Source: Candidatus Hodarchaeota archaeon (GTDB lineage: Archaea; Asgardarchaeota; Heimdallarchaeia; Hodarchaeales; Hodarchaeaceae). From it: a stretch of 64,000 nt of DNA. This document shows, one piece after another, positions 10,695 to 21,101 of this stretch (positions are counted from its first letter, which is position 1; each line of letters starts with the position of its first letter). The stretch lies in the NCBI GenBank assembly GCA_029856365.1, contig JAHQWW010000004.1, positions 50,580 through 114,579 on the forward strand. The letters run 5' to 3'. Position numbers and translations under genes: made by a program. The notes below the pieces were generated by a model that made no database searches, was not told where the DNA came from, and was given only the letters and a program-made list of their open reading frames with translations.

Positions 10695-11888
10695 ATGTCT
10701 GCTAAAGTCTATTATGGGTCTTTACAACATGGTACAAATCAAAGATTCGCCACTTTCGCAGCGAAAGTGGACAAAATCGTTGAATTGCTTGATTTTTCTA
10801 CTATTGAAAAACACGACAAAGTTGCTGTCAAAATGCACCTTGGGTTCCAAGATGTCTATCAAACGGTTCCAGTTTTTTTTGTTCGACGTATTGTGAAAGC
10901 GATCAAACAGGCTGGGGGGTGGCCATTTATTACCGATAATCCAACAGCAGTCTATAATGCTGTCGATCGTGGTTATACACAAGAAACCTGTGGATGTCCA
11001 ATCATTCCTATTAGTGGGGTGAAAGATGGTTATACAGTTGAGAAACGCGTTGATTACAAAAATGTAGATACATTGGACATGGCTGGTGTTTTACATGATG
11101 CTGATGTACTAGTTGATGTGAGTCACATCAAAGGTCATAACTCGTGTGGATTTGGAGGAGCCATCAAAAACATAGCCGTCGGGGGATATGCAGCGCAAAC
11201 CCGTTGGAATAAAATTCATGGTGTAGAACAATACATCCCTTATTGGGATCCTGAAAAATGCTCTCCTAAACATGCAAAGGAATTGGTTCTCTCATGCCCT
11301 TACAAACAAATAAAGTACAACGAAGAAAAACACAAACTTACAATTCCCTTTGGTATGTGTAATCAATGTGATGAGTGTTTAGAAGCGGATAAAGAGGTTG
11401 GATGTTTAGAATATCGACAGGAGCATTTCTCAGCTTTTCAAGAATTATTGGCAATAGCTGCAAAACAAGTTTTGGATACATTTAACGATGATAAGAAATT
11501 CTTCATAAGCTTCCTACTCGAGATAACTGCTCTATGCGATTGCTGGGGTTTTGCACAACCTTGTATAGTAAATGACTTAGGGGTGTTAGGTAGTAGAGAC
11601 ATTGTAGCAATTGAAACCGCTGCTCTAGATCTTATTGCAAAAGAAGGGCTTATTGTAAAAAATATCCCCCCTCACTATATACATGCAAATCTAGATCCTA
11701 ATGTTGATCTTCATCCATTCCAACGTCTTCATGGGCGAATGAAGAGCCCATATTTGGCAGTTGAATTCGCTAGAGACCTCGGTTTAGGTACACAAGAATA
11801 TCAACTGATAGAAGTCTTATCTCCAGAAGAAACATTGAAAAGTGAACCCCCAAAGGGAGTAAGTGAACGTGATCCCTCATTCTATTAG
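10695..11888 (+). CDS. DUF362 family Fe-S protein
   Basis: KVAVKMHLG, SHIKGH, GFGGAIKNIAVG, CNQCDEC, LCDCWG, DIVAIETA. Confidence 0.85.
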   Translation: MSAKVYYGSLQHGTNQRFATFAAKVDKIVELLDFSTIEKHDKVAVKMHLGFQDVYQTVPVFFVRRIVKAIKQAGGWPFITDNPTAVYNAVDRGYTQETCGCPIIPISGVKDGYTVEKRVDYKNVDTLDMAGVLHDADVLVDVSHIKGHNSCGFGGAIKNIAVGGYAAQTRWNKIHGVEQYIPYWDPEKCSPKHAKELVLSCPYKQIKYNEEKHKLTIPFGMCNQCDECLEADKEVGCLEYRQEHFSAFQELLAIAAKQVLDTFNDDKKFFISFLLEITALCDCWGFAQPCIVNDLGVLGSRDIVAIETAALDLIAKEGLIVKNIPPHYIHANLDPNVDLHPFQRLHGRMKSPYLAVEFARDLGLGTQEYQLIEVLSPEETLKSEPPKGVSERDPSFY

Positions 11889-12018
11889 TTATTAACTCAT
11901 ATAGACTTGTTAGCTGGTCTGAATCCAAGAGAACTCCTTGTAGAAAACATTTCCTTAGCCTGAAAAATAAAAATCTTAAAACTACAAAAGATTTGATGCT
12001 TAACAAATGAATTGAGGC

Positions 12019-12504
12019 ATGAAGATGAGTGATATAAGTAGTGGATTAATAAAACTTGCTTATCGTGGAGTAGCTGGATTTTTTATTCTTTTATTATTGT
12101 TTATTTTTGGAGTAGTTGGCATTGCTCTTGGATTTGCGGGTGGTCTTATTATTGCTTTGTGTTGGATTCCTCTAGCCTATCCAGAGATATTAACTGAATT
12201 TAATATCGTTGTCATTGGTGGTCAGGGCACTACAGATCCAGTAGTAGCTTCCCTAGCATTATTAGTCGCGGGGCTTGTTCTCCTAGCTGTAGGATTTTTG
12301 TTTTTGATAATAACCTACTTAATTGGAAAAGGAGCAATTATTGTTGACAAAGAACTCGCAAATGTTATAGATAGCGCCTTTTCAGGCTCAGGAAAAGATC
12401 GAATAGCCCGTTTAGAACGATTAGCGGCTTTACATAACAGTGGTGCTCTTAGTGATAAAGAATTCGAGCACGAAAAAGCACTAATTCTAGAATCAGAGGA
12501 ATGA
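12019..12504 (+). CDS. membrane protein with C-terminal SHOCT domain
   Basis: Two long hydrophobic segments; C-terminal LERLAALHNSGALSDKEFEHEKALIL fits the SHOCT consensus. Confidence 0.8.
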   Translation: MKMSDISSGLIKLAYRGVAGFFILLLLFIFGVVGIALGFAGGLIIALCWIPLAYPEILTEFNIVVIGGQGTTDPVVASLALLVAGLVLLAVGFLFLIITYLIGKGAIIVDKELANVIDSAFSGSGKDRIARLERLAALHNSGALSDKEFEHEKALILESEE

Positions 12505-12537
12505 AAAGAAGAATCACCCTTTCATCCCTTTTTTTCT

Positions 12538-13245
12538 TTATAGAGTAATTTTCATCGGTTCTTTCATTCTAGGAATGACCACATTTATATCAGGCATTTT
12601 TTCAAGTGCCATAGCCTTAAACTTCTGCATTTCGTCTTGGTTACCATGCATCGTCACTACAACTTTTGGTTTGATGTCTAAAGTCATCTTAAGAGCATTC
12701 TTTGGAGAACAGCTCGGAGAGGGGGCACCAGTGGGAAGAAAAGCTAGATCTGCAGAATAATCCTCCAACGGAATATATCCAGAGTCGCCCCCATGAAAAA
12801 CACTAAAATCGGGCCACTTCATCCTGAAGAGGGTTATTGATCCTGGATGGACACCACCAACAGCTGCAATCTCAAGACTATCAATTGATAATGATTCAGT
12901 TGATGTTAAAGCTTTTACTTTATCAGCAGGAACCTTTGTTTTTAATTCTCTGGCCACCTGAGAATCCGCAATAACTATAGCCCCAGATACCTCGAAAATC
13001 TTTGAAGTCGTCTTAACATCAAAATGGTCTCTATGGGTATGAGTATTTAACTGCAAGTCAAGATTCTTTAAAGCTTTTATCTGATCATCGCTATCTAGAG
13101 CCATTTGACACATATCAACGGCAATGGCTTTGTCTGCCGCTCTAAACACAATACTTGAATAACCAAAATAGATGAAAGCTATTTCATTCTTTTCTATTGG
13201 TAATGAAAATAACTCTTTAATAGGAGTAGACATGATTGTGAACAC
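12538..13245 (-). CDS. metallo-beta-lactamase-fold hydrolase (UPF0173/UlaG-like)
   Basis: THTHRDH, VFHGGDS, PKVVVTMH. Confidence 0.88.
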   Translation of the reverse strand: MFTIMSTPIKELFSLPIEKNEIAFIYFGYSSIVFRAADKAIAVDMCQMALDSDDQIKALKNLDLQLNTHTHRDHFDVKTTSKIFEVSGAIVIADSQVARELKTKVPADKVKALTSTESLSIDSLEIAAVGGVHPGSITLFRMKWPDFSVFHGGDSGYIPLEDYSADLAFLPTGAPSPSCSPKNALKMTLDIKPKVVVTMHGNQDEMQKFKAMALEKMPDINVVIPRMKEPMKITL

Positions 13246-13452
13246 CTCATGATTCAGAACATTAAGTAAAATTATTCTTTATATATACATTAGGCTAATT
13301 TCCGACTAAATTTATTCGAATAAATTCAATGTCAAGTTGGGAGACAATTTTCAAGGGGAAAATTCGTGATGAACTCCTCCAAAAACTAGTGAATGAGTTA
13401 TTTAAGTTTATAAATACAGAAGTCTAGTAACGTAATGAGTAAGTGAATATTA

Positions 13453-14291
13453 ATGGAACAAACGGCTGAAAAGATCATTCAGAGGATTGGTCAGCAGACG
13501 AATCTCCCAAGGAAGGATATTTTGAAAAGAATTGCCCAACTCAGTAGGTCACTCAAGTATAATATAGAGGATGACGATCCTACGATTCCAAAACTCCTTA
13601 CCCAAGAATTAAATGTTGGTCTAGATGGAAATCCTACGGATTATCTTTATATAGAACTCTTGTATGATAAATGGCCACTTTTTGCACGAATCATACCATT
13701 AACAACAATATATAGGAGAAAATCACAAAAATACTCAGGAAAATAGGCCCCAAAATAGAACTCGAGGAGGTGACACATGATACATATGGTATGGAGAAGC
13801 ACCATTCTCTTGGAAAAATTTTCAGATGGCAAGAAATCATAGGGGGGGACCACGTATTTATGAGAGATGGAATTTTATTATTTATCGCACCGTACACTGG
13901 ATATCAAGATTACACTTTATTAGCCAATAATTACACCCTTGAGGAGGTGGTCGAACAGGCTGAATCATATCGAACATTCACAGATTACACAGTTGTTAGA
14001 ACAAATGAACCGAATAAAACCTACATTCCATATTCTTTGTATGAAAAAATATACATCCAACCCCCCGAATGGGCAGAAATTGATACAGAAAACCATGATG
14101 GTTGTCTAAAATTCCCCTATATTACACTTGATTCCCTACAAGTTACCCCAGAGTTAGAATCCATTTCCTTTTTTAATACAGCAACGAAAGAAATAATTGG
14201 AACCGAATCTCTACAGTATTACCAAAAACTCAAACAAATTTGGATATATGATGAATTATCCCTTCGTGTGATAATTATTTTCCAATTCTAG
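13453..14291 (+). pseudogene. frameshift-split hypothetical gene (ORFs 13453-13746 and 13770-14291); N-terminus resembles the helical N-domain of archaeal RPA/DUF2240 proteins
   Basis: The frame of the second ORF is open from 13716 (EKITKILRKIGPKIELEEVTHD...), overlapping the end of the first ORF, consistent with one indel near 13705-13720. Confidence 0.55.
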
Positions 14292-14452
14292 TTTTTAAAC
14301 ATAGGGCACTTTTCAATACTCATCTTTTCCCTATATAGTTACTTTATAATTATTTCCCAGTCGTTTCCTTGACAGTAATCTTTATAATTCCCTCTAGTAC
14401 TTTTTCTCTCAAAAACAATTATCACATTTAATGAATTTATGAGGTTCAAGAA

Positions 14453-15652
14453 TTGACTAGCTCTAAGGAATATATGGATATTGATAAAAATTACGGAGCT
14501 CATAATTATCATCCTATTTCTGTTGTTGTAGCGAAAGCTCAAGGTGTTTGGGTGTACGACCCCGAAGGGAAGAAGTACTTAGATTGCTTATCTGCTTACT
14601 CTGCGGTTAATCAAGGCCATTTACACCCCAAAATTATCCAAGCATTGAAGGATCAGCTTGATCGGGTCGCATTGACTTCTCGTGCGTTTCATAATGACCG
14701 TATGGGTCTTTATCTGAAACACCTCCTTGATATTTGCGGGGAGGGGTTTGACATGGCCCTACCAATGAACACAGGAGCTGAGGCGGTCGAGACTGCCATC
14801 AAAATGGTTCGACGATGGGGTTATGAAGTTAAAGGAGTTGAAAAAGACAAGGCTGAGATTATTGTGTGTGCTAATAATTTTCATGGCAGAACAACAACCA
14901 TTGTTGGTTTTTCTACTGATCCTCTTGCCAATACTAATTTTGGTCCATATACTCCAGGATTTAAAATCATCCCTTATGATAATCCTGAAGCTTTAGAAAA
15001 AGCAATTACTTCAAACACCGTTGCATTCTTAGTAGAACCAATCCAAGGTGAAGCTGGTGTTATTGTCCCAGCAGAGGGTTATCTGAAAAGAGTTCGAGAG
15101 ATTTGTACTAAGCATAATATTCTCTTAGTACTTGATGAAATACAGACGGGGTTTTGTCGTACTGGAAAGATGTTCTGCCATCAATATGAAGACATCATTC
15201 CAGATGTGATGACCTTGGGTAAAGCCTTAGGCGGAGGGTTACTCCCTGTCTCTGCTGTTGTGTCTCGCAAGGAAATTATGCAAGTTTTCACTCCTGGATC
15301 CCATGGTTCTACTTTCGGTGGATTTCCTCTAGCATGTGCTGTTGGAGATGCTGCATTAGATGTTCTTGTTGAGGAGAAGTTAGCTGAACGCTCAGCGAAA
15401 TTAGGTGCCTACTTTCTGGACGAGCTGAGAAAAATTGATCATCCGCGCATAAAAGAAGTGAGAGGAAAGGGTCTTTTTACTGCGGTGGAGCTCCATGAAA
15501 AAGCACGACCTTATACTGAACAACTCATTAACGAAGGCATTTTAGCTAAAGAAACACATGATTTCGCCATTCGTTTTGCTCCTCCCCTTGTTATCACCAA
15601 AGAGCAACTAGATTGGGCTCTTAAAATTATCAAGAAAGTACTTGGATCCTAA
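14453..15652 (+). CDS. rocD: ornithine--oxo-acid aminotransferase (class III PLP enzyme)
   Basis: GAHNYHP, YLDCLSAYSAVNQGH, MNTGAEAVETA, EPIQGEAG, DEIQTG, LGKALGGG, HGSTFGG. Confidence 0.95.
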   Translation: MTSSKEYMDIDKNYGAHNYHPISVVVAKAQGVWVYDPEGKKYLDCLSAYSAVNQGHLHPKIIQALKDQLDRVALTSRAFHNDRMGLYLKHLLDICGEGFDMALPMNTGAEAVETAIKMVRRWGYEVKGVEKDKAEIIVCANNFHGRTTTIVGFSTDPLANTNFGPYTPGFKIIPYDNPEALEKAITSNTVAFLVEPIQGEAGVIVPAEGYLKRVREICTKHNILLVLDEIQTGFCRTGKMFCHQYEDIIPDVMTLGKALGGGLLPVSAVVSRKEIMQVFTPGSHGSTFGGFPLACAVGDAALDVLVEEKLAERSAKLGAYFLDELRKIDHPRIKEVRGKGLFTAVELHEKARPYTEQLINEGILAKETHDFAIRFAPPLVITKEQLDWALKIIKKVLGS

Positions 15653-15698
15653 AACCTTCTTTAAATCAACTTAGGACTTCTCTCAACAAGAGAGGGAT

Positions 15699-16352
15699 TC
15701 ATCCCCAAACAAGTAATGCAAGAAGAAGAACCCCTAAAACACCAGTTATTAGTCCATTAAAGAATAACCACCATCGAGACGTATGTAAAGGTAGTGTCCT
15801 CCTCATTTCCCAGGTATCCCGTTTTTTCTTATTTTTTACTGGCATTTTAAATGGTAAATGAATGAGATATGTCCCTTGAAGCGCTTTGATTGTCTCTACT
15901 CCTGTTAATCCTGAAACAAAACCACCAACTAACATTGCAGTTGTACGAGTCACTCCTTTTTCCTTTATTTCCTTCTCAGGATCGACACTTGGAAATAGGT
16001 CTAGTAATAAATGAGAAGCGAATCCTAGAAAGAACGGTGTGAAAACCAATGCTAAAATAAGGCTCTGATCATCAGGAATAGCCAAATATTTCTGGATAAG
16101 AAATGTAATAGTGATAAATAGGGGAATGAATACACTATGAGTAGCTACATCCCGATGATGCATCCAATTTAGAAGTAAATCCCAATCAGGAGCCTCAGCA
16201 CCAATTAATGCCATGAGAAAGGCGGTTACCACCCATAAAGGCGAGACATCTGGAAGATCTGGCACATAATTCGCATCAACAAACCAATAGATCACGACAT
16301 ACATAAAAAATATGATTATTACAGTCATCAAATGCCACTTTCGATTTGCCAT
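15699..16352 (-). CDS. membrane-bound metal-dependent hydrolase (YdjM-like)
   Basis: PDWD...HHRDVATHS...SHLLLD motifs among transmembrane segments. Confidence 0.75.
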   Translation of the reverse strand: MANRKWHLMTVIIIFFMYVVIYWFVDANYVPDLPDVSPLWVVTAFLMALIGAEAPDWDLLLNWMHHRDVATHSVFIPLFITITFLIQKYLAIPDDQSLILALVFTPFFLGFASHLLLDLFPSVDPEKEIKEKGVTRTTAMLVGGFVSGLTGVETIKALQGTYLIHLPFKMPVKNKKKRDTWEMRRTLPLHTSRWWLFFNGLITGVLGVLLLALLVWG

Positions 16353-16495
16353 CGCACCTTACCATCCTTGATTTTTCTTTTCAGCAATTCATCTTTTCCT
16401 TTAATTTATTTCTATTTACTCCCAAAATTGCTTTATAATCCTTTCAATTATTGGTTTGTTAAAGACTACCAACATAATAGGGATCGTTACACATT

Positions 16496-17002
16496 ATGGA
16501 CTGGAAATACTTACGGCCAGCGGTCTGGCCAGGCTCTGAAATGCAGAAAAGCATTCCACACGGAGATGTTCAACCTAATGGTATCGATATATCAATTGGA
16601 CGCTTGTTTCAATTAATTGGAAACATTAGATTGACTTCTAAGATAGAAAAACGTCAATATCCTAAATTACTAGAATTAATGCCTCATGACAATTTTTGGC
16701 ACTTAAAGCCTGGGATTTACCTTGTTGAGGTAGCAGAGGAAATTATGATCCCTAATAATGCTATTGGTTTTGTTACGCCTCGTTCAACTTTGATTCGGAT
16801 GGGAGCAACAGTATTTTCTGGAATATGGGATAAGGGGTTTCAAGGAGTAGGTGACAATCATGGCCGTATTTTATTACAAACTTCTCTCCCCTTTAAAGTC
16901 CATGTCTCTGTCGCTATTGCTCAGATGATTTTTATAAGTGCAGTCGACGATGAGACGGTGTACCAGGGAAACTATCAACCCGAATCAGATTCAAACCTAT
17001 AA
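16496..17002 (+). CDS. dut: trimeric dUTPase / dCTP deaminase family, archaeal type
   Basis: VQPNGID, PRSTLIRMG, WDKGFQG, IAQMIF, YQGNYQ. Confidence 0.85.
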   Translation: MDWKYLRPAVWPGSEMQKSIPHGDVQPNGIDISIGRLFQLIGNIRLTSKIEKRQYPKLLELMPHDNFWHLKPGIYLVEVAEEIMIPNNAIGFVTPRSTLIRMGATVFSGIWDKGFQGVGDNHGRILLQTSLPFKVHVSVAIAQMIFISAVDDETVYQGNYQPESDSNL

Positions 17003-17092
17003 AACGGATAAAATAAGAGATCTTTATCATTCAGATTTGATAGTGCAGGTGCGCGTTTATACTCCCTCAAGATGTACAGTTCAGTTTTATGC

Positions 17093-17386
17093 CTAAGAAG
17101 AGGCAATCCGAAATTTTTGTGGAGAAATTCTCTCCGAATGGCACTCAGGACACTTATGAGGATCAGATATTCGAGATCTACCAGAAAAAGTATAATTACA
17201 ATTCATACAGATCGCAGGACGTACTTCTATTCGTTTTTTTTCAGAACGGATTGTTTTTCTAACTGAATCGAGATCCTGAACGACAACTTTTACAGGAACA
17301 TTCGTTAAATCAGCCAATTCTAGCAGAGTCATTTCTTCGTGCTTTGAAAGAAGCTCAATAATCTTTTCTCTCCGTGTTTTCATCAA
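17093..17386 (-). CDS. archaeal HTH-Zn ribbon transcriptional regulator (COG3357-like)
   Basis: TRREKIIELL HTH; PAICMNCNYTF...KCPECHSERISP. Confidence 0.88.
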   Translation of the reverse strand: MMKTRREKIIELLSKHEEMTLLELADLTNVPVKVVVQDLDSVRKTIRSEKKRIEVRPAICMNCNYTFSGRSRISDPHKCPECHSERISPQKFRIASS

Positions 17387-17565
17387 TTCTCAACTCTTTT
17401 TTTAATTGAATGTTGTTAGTCCTAGTAATACATATTCCAGAAAGAGGATTGTATCTAAAATGGCAAAAACTGGAACCATGTAAATCTATTTTCTTCCATG
17501 ATGGATATACTAGATGATGCATAATATCTCTTCTATAACTCTATAAGAAGGCTTGTTACATAATC

Positions 17566-17937
17566 TTATTTCCCATCACTTATGTCTTCTTCTTCAATAA
17601 CAGGTAGGAATATTTTTAATTGCCCATATTGAATACTTGGTAACATGATTGCATCATACAATGAGCTGTTTAATGGTATTCTTGATAAGTTTAACATTCG
17701 GGCAATATAGGAAGACAATCCAATTATCATTAGTAGTGGACCCCAGACGAAAGACATGACTAAGAGAATGTCCTGTGGTGTAATTTTTAAGTATTCAGTT
17801 GGATTATAGAAAATTGATAAAAGAAACATAACGATTGAGAAAATTAAACCCAAAATTATGATAAATTTAATCCAAATAACCACTGAATGTTTCCCTTGGA
17901 GGTTTTCCTTCAATGTCGATTGATTTTCCATCTTCAA
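17566..17937 (-). CDS. small two-TM membrane protein
   Basis: Two hydrophobic helices; start probably ATG 17931. Confidence 0.55.
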   Translation of the reverse strand: MKMENQSTLKENLQGKHSVVIWIKFIIILGLIFSIVMFLLSIFYNPTEYLKITPQDILLVMSFVWGPLLMIIGLSSYIARMLNLSRIPLNSSLYDAIMLPSIQYGQLKIFLPVIEEEDISDGK

Positions 17938-18134
17938 TCACAATTATTACTTCATTCATATTGATTTATAAGGTATATTGATACAATAAACTAACTTCAG
18001 TTCAAATTAGCGATATCATTAAAGAGTAATTTCCTTTCTTGTTAATTGATTTTCCATTTTGAATCAAACTCGTACCAGATCAGGCGTTTACTACGTTTTT
18101 AAAAACTTATAAGTCTAGCTTTTACCCATATTCA

Positions 18135-19190
18135 TTGATAATTCTCTCATTTAATATGTACTTTTCACCTCCTCATTACACAACAATATCAAAGCTAAAG
18201 ATGATTTACGTCAATAATTTCTTAATAATTATGGAATGGATTATATTGCAACTAAGGAGACTACTAGTTATATTTCTTGTTATAATTATTGTTACTTTGA
18301 CAATTCAATATCAAAGAACGGAACCCATTGGAAAAGAGGAATGGCCTCCTCCAACAAATAATATTAACATCAAACAAGAAATGAGTCCTTTTGTTACTAA
18401 GTCGTGTTCTTCTCATATTGAGATTCAAACTTATGGTGGAGGAAAAAGTGATATGGCTCACTCAGTAATTCAGACTGCAGATAATGGATTCATCCTAGTA
18501 GGATCCACCGAATCATATGATGGGGAACAAGACATGTGGCTCGTAAAGACAGATGTCAATGGTTTACTCCAATGGGATCAGGTTTATGGTGAAAGTGCTT
18601 GGGATTGTGCTTATTCAGTACTTCAGACTGAGGATGGTGGTCTGATCCTATCAGGGTTCACTTGGATTTTTCGTGGAGGTGATTTAGATGGTGCTATGTG
18701 GTTAGTGAAGACAGATGCTAATGGCACACTCGAATGGGATCAGACATATTCAGGATTAAATGAAGATAGTGCTAATGCTTATTCAGTAATTCAGACTGTT
18801 GATAACGGATTTATCATAGCGGGTTGGACAGAATCGTATGGAGCAGGTTCTTTTGACATATGGCTAGTGAAAACCGACGTGACTGGTAAAATTCTATGGA
18901 ATCATACTTATGGTGGATTAGAACCTGATGTTGCTGAATCCTTAATCCAGACAGCGGATGGGGGATTCCTTCTAGCAGGCTACACAGCATCATACGGATC
19001 AGGTTCTTTAGATATGTGTCTTGTGAAAACCGATGCTGATGGAATAAATGAATGGACAATACCAGTTAATTCAACTTCGACAATACCAACAACAAATATG
19101 ATTGTGAATAATCGTATACAGGGATTAGATATTTTCACACTTATTTCTACGATTGGTATTCTAAGCATTTGTCTTAGACAAAGAAAATAA
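18135..19190 (+). CDS. surface protein with four beta-propeller-type repeats and a C-terminal TM plus basic-tail sorting signal (start probably ATG 18231)
   Basis: N-terminal hydrophobic helix; four roughly 50-aa QTxDxGF/L...D/AxW/CLVKTDxxG repeats; Thr-rich linker; GLDIFTLISTIGILSICLRQRK end. Confidence 0.8.
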   Translation: MIILSFNMYFSPPHYTTISKLKMIYVNNFLIIMEWIILQLRRLLVIFLVIIIVTLTIQYQRTEPIGKEEWPPPTNNINIKQEMSPFVTKSCSSHIEIQTYGGGKSDMAHSVIQTADNGFILVGSTESYDGEQDMWLVKTDVNGLLQWDQVYGESAWDCAYSVLQTEDGGLILSGFTWIFRGGDLDGAMWLVKTDANGTLEWDQTYSGLNEDSANAYSVIQTVDNGFIIAGWTESYGAGSFDIWLVKTDVTGKILWNHTYGGLEPDVAESLIQTADGGFLLAGYTASYGSGSLDMCLVKTDADGINEWTIPVNSTSTIPTTNMIVNNRIQGLDIFTLISTIGILSICLRQRK

Positions 19191-19548
19191 ATGGGAATTG
19201 CCTTTTTCTGTTAAGTACCAACAATTAAAGGCATCTCAAACATTAAACATTTGATAATTTTATGAATTTATGTCATCAGAATAAACGAAAAACATCTTAT
19301 TGTATTGTTAACAAAAGACTTGTGCTTTGAAAATATTTAATCAAATCAAACATTGAAGGTTTTCCATGGTATTGATTGATTTACCATTTGAAACTTAAGT
19401 CCAATTAGAGATCTCATTGAAGAAAACATTTCCCAGAGAAAAAGATTTATCCCTTTCAACAATATGATTAAGTTGAAGCTATAACTAACAAGGACAGAAG
19501 TGTTTCTTTTATTATTAATAACTATTTATCCTGACAGGTGCTATTTAT

Positions 19549-20880
19549 ATGTTTGAGTTAATCTTTATCGGCCTACTTGTATTTGGTGCTATTTATGTCT
19601 TTTTCTTTCTGATTTACTCTTCTATTAAGGAAGAAAAGAATTTTGCTCTAGATGTATACCGATATCTCAGCCGAAGATATCCAAAAACTGTCATTGTGGA
19701 TTACGGAGGGATCTCATCTGATCCAATCATTCATTCTCGTAATGCTGGTCCATTTAAACTCATTGAAGTCAAAGTTATTACAGAAAAAGAAGCGAATAAG
19801 ACTGATCAGGATCTAATTTTGCGAGGGGAAGTTGATCCTCAAAAATTTCAAAAAGGAGAGATGTCAGCCAACCTCTCCCTAGATCCTCAGTTCCGATGGG
19901 ATCGCCACGTTCGAGATCTTGAAATAGGTATGCCAAAGATAGATAATCGTTTTATCATTTCTTCTGATGATCCCCTTTTTCCACGTCAGTTATTAACTCA
20001 AACAGATTTAGGAAACCTTCTCCAAAATAGCTTTGATTTGGAGGGTTATTTTATTAGATGGTTTGAAAGTCCCGTTATTCAGGTACGTATGGAAACAATG
20101 AACTCTAATAGCTTCATTCAAGCTTTTAACATTCTCCTTGGAACTATCGGTGCCCTTTCCGAGAAAGGTTTTCTAACCCGAAATATTGGGAAAATGAGAA
20201 AATCAGATGTTCAAATTCCGTCCTTCTTATCAACTTCAAAGGTAGATGAAATTGAAGATAAAAAACAAGTGGATACAAAATTAGTGGATACTCCCACACC
20301 AGAAAAGATCATTTCGGAACCAGAAGAACCTATCCTCACTTGGAAACCACTTCCAGGCATTTCAACCGAAATCACAAAGCCATATGCCATTCAAGATCAA
20401 GAAGAAGCTGTTGAAAGTCCATATCAGTCCTTTTTTAGCTCTATTAGTTATCAAGCCAAAAAAATTGAATTTAAACCTACTCATGTTAGAATATTAACCT
20501 ATTCAAGAGCAGCTCAAGAGATAATTGTGACATTTCCCGAAAATGAACGTGCTTTATTTTCCACATTTACTGGCCGCTCCCCATCTGAAGTTTTTGAACT
20601 CCAAATTAATTTTCAAGAAAAAGCACGATCAATAGATTGGAGTGATGCGTGGAAAGACATAACCATTTCAGGCCCTCCAGATATTATAGGAAAATTACAA
20701 ACTCGAACAGGAATTGCCCATCGGATTACAAACACTGGTGAAACTATGGTAACAGTGAAGGGTCACCCCCATAAAGGGATAGAATATAAACTCGTGGTTC
20801 CCAAAACAATACGAGGAATCAATGCAGGCTATTCTCTCCTAAAAGATATGATTTGGTTTTTTGAAATGATTTTCCTGTGA
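19549..20880 (+). CDS. hypothetical membrane-anchored protein, two soluble domains joined by a Pro/Glu-rich linker
   Basis: N-terminal TM (aa 1-27), 443-aa ORF, AGGTG SD. Confidence 0.75.
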   Translation: MFELIFIGLLVFGAIYVFFFLIYSSIKEEKNFALDVYRYLSRRYPKTVIVDYGGISSDPIIHSRNAGPFKLIEVKVITEKEANKTDQDLILRGEVDPQKFQKGEMSANLSLDPQFRWDRHVRDLEIGMPKIDNRFIISSDDPLFPRQLLTQTDLGNLLQNSFDLEGYFIRWFESPVIQVRMETMNSNSFIQAFNILLGTIGALSEKGFLTRNIGKMRKSDVQIPSFLSTSKVDEIEDKKQVDTKLVDTPTPEKIISEPEEPILTWKPLPGISTEITKPYAIQDQEEAVESPYQSFFSSISYQAKKIEFKPTHVRILTYSRAAQEIIVTFPENERALFSTFTGRSPSEVFELQINFQEKARSIDWSDAWKDITISGPPDIIGKLQTRTGIAHRITNTGETMVTVKGHPHKGIEYKLVVPKTIRGINAGYSLLKDMIWFFEMIFL

Positions 20881-21101
20881 GGATTGATTGGAGTATGTAA
20901 TCAATTCTTATAAATTAAAGAAAGAAATTAATAAAAGAGATATAAATCGCTTTCTGAAATCGGAAAAGCTGTTAAAACTGAAACTTTGAGAACAACCAAA
21001 TTCAGAACTTTCGGATAGACTCTCGAGTAAAGCATATTAAAAACCAATAGAACTTTTACCTGTCTTTGAAAGCTTGAATAAACCTAAAAGAGAGATAGCT
21101 T

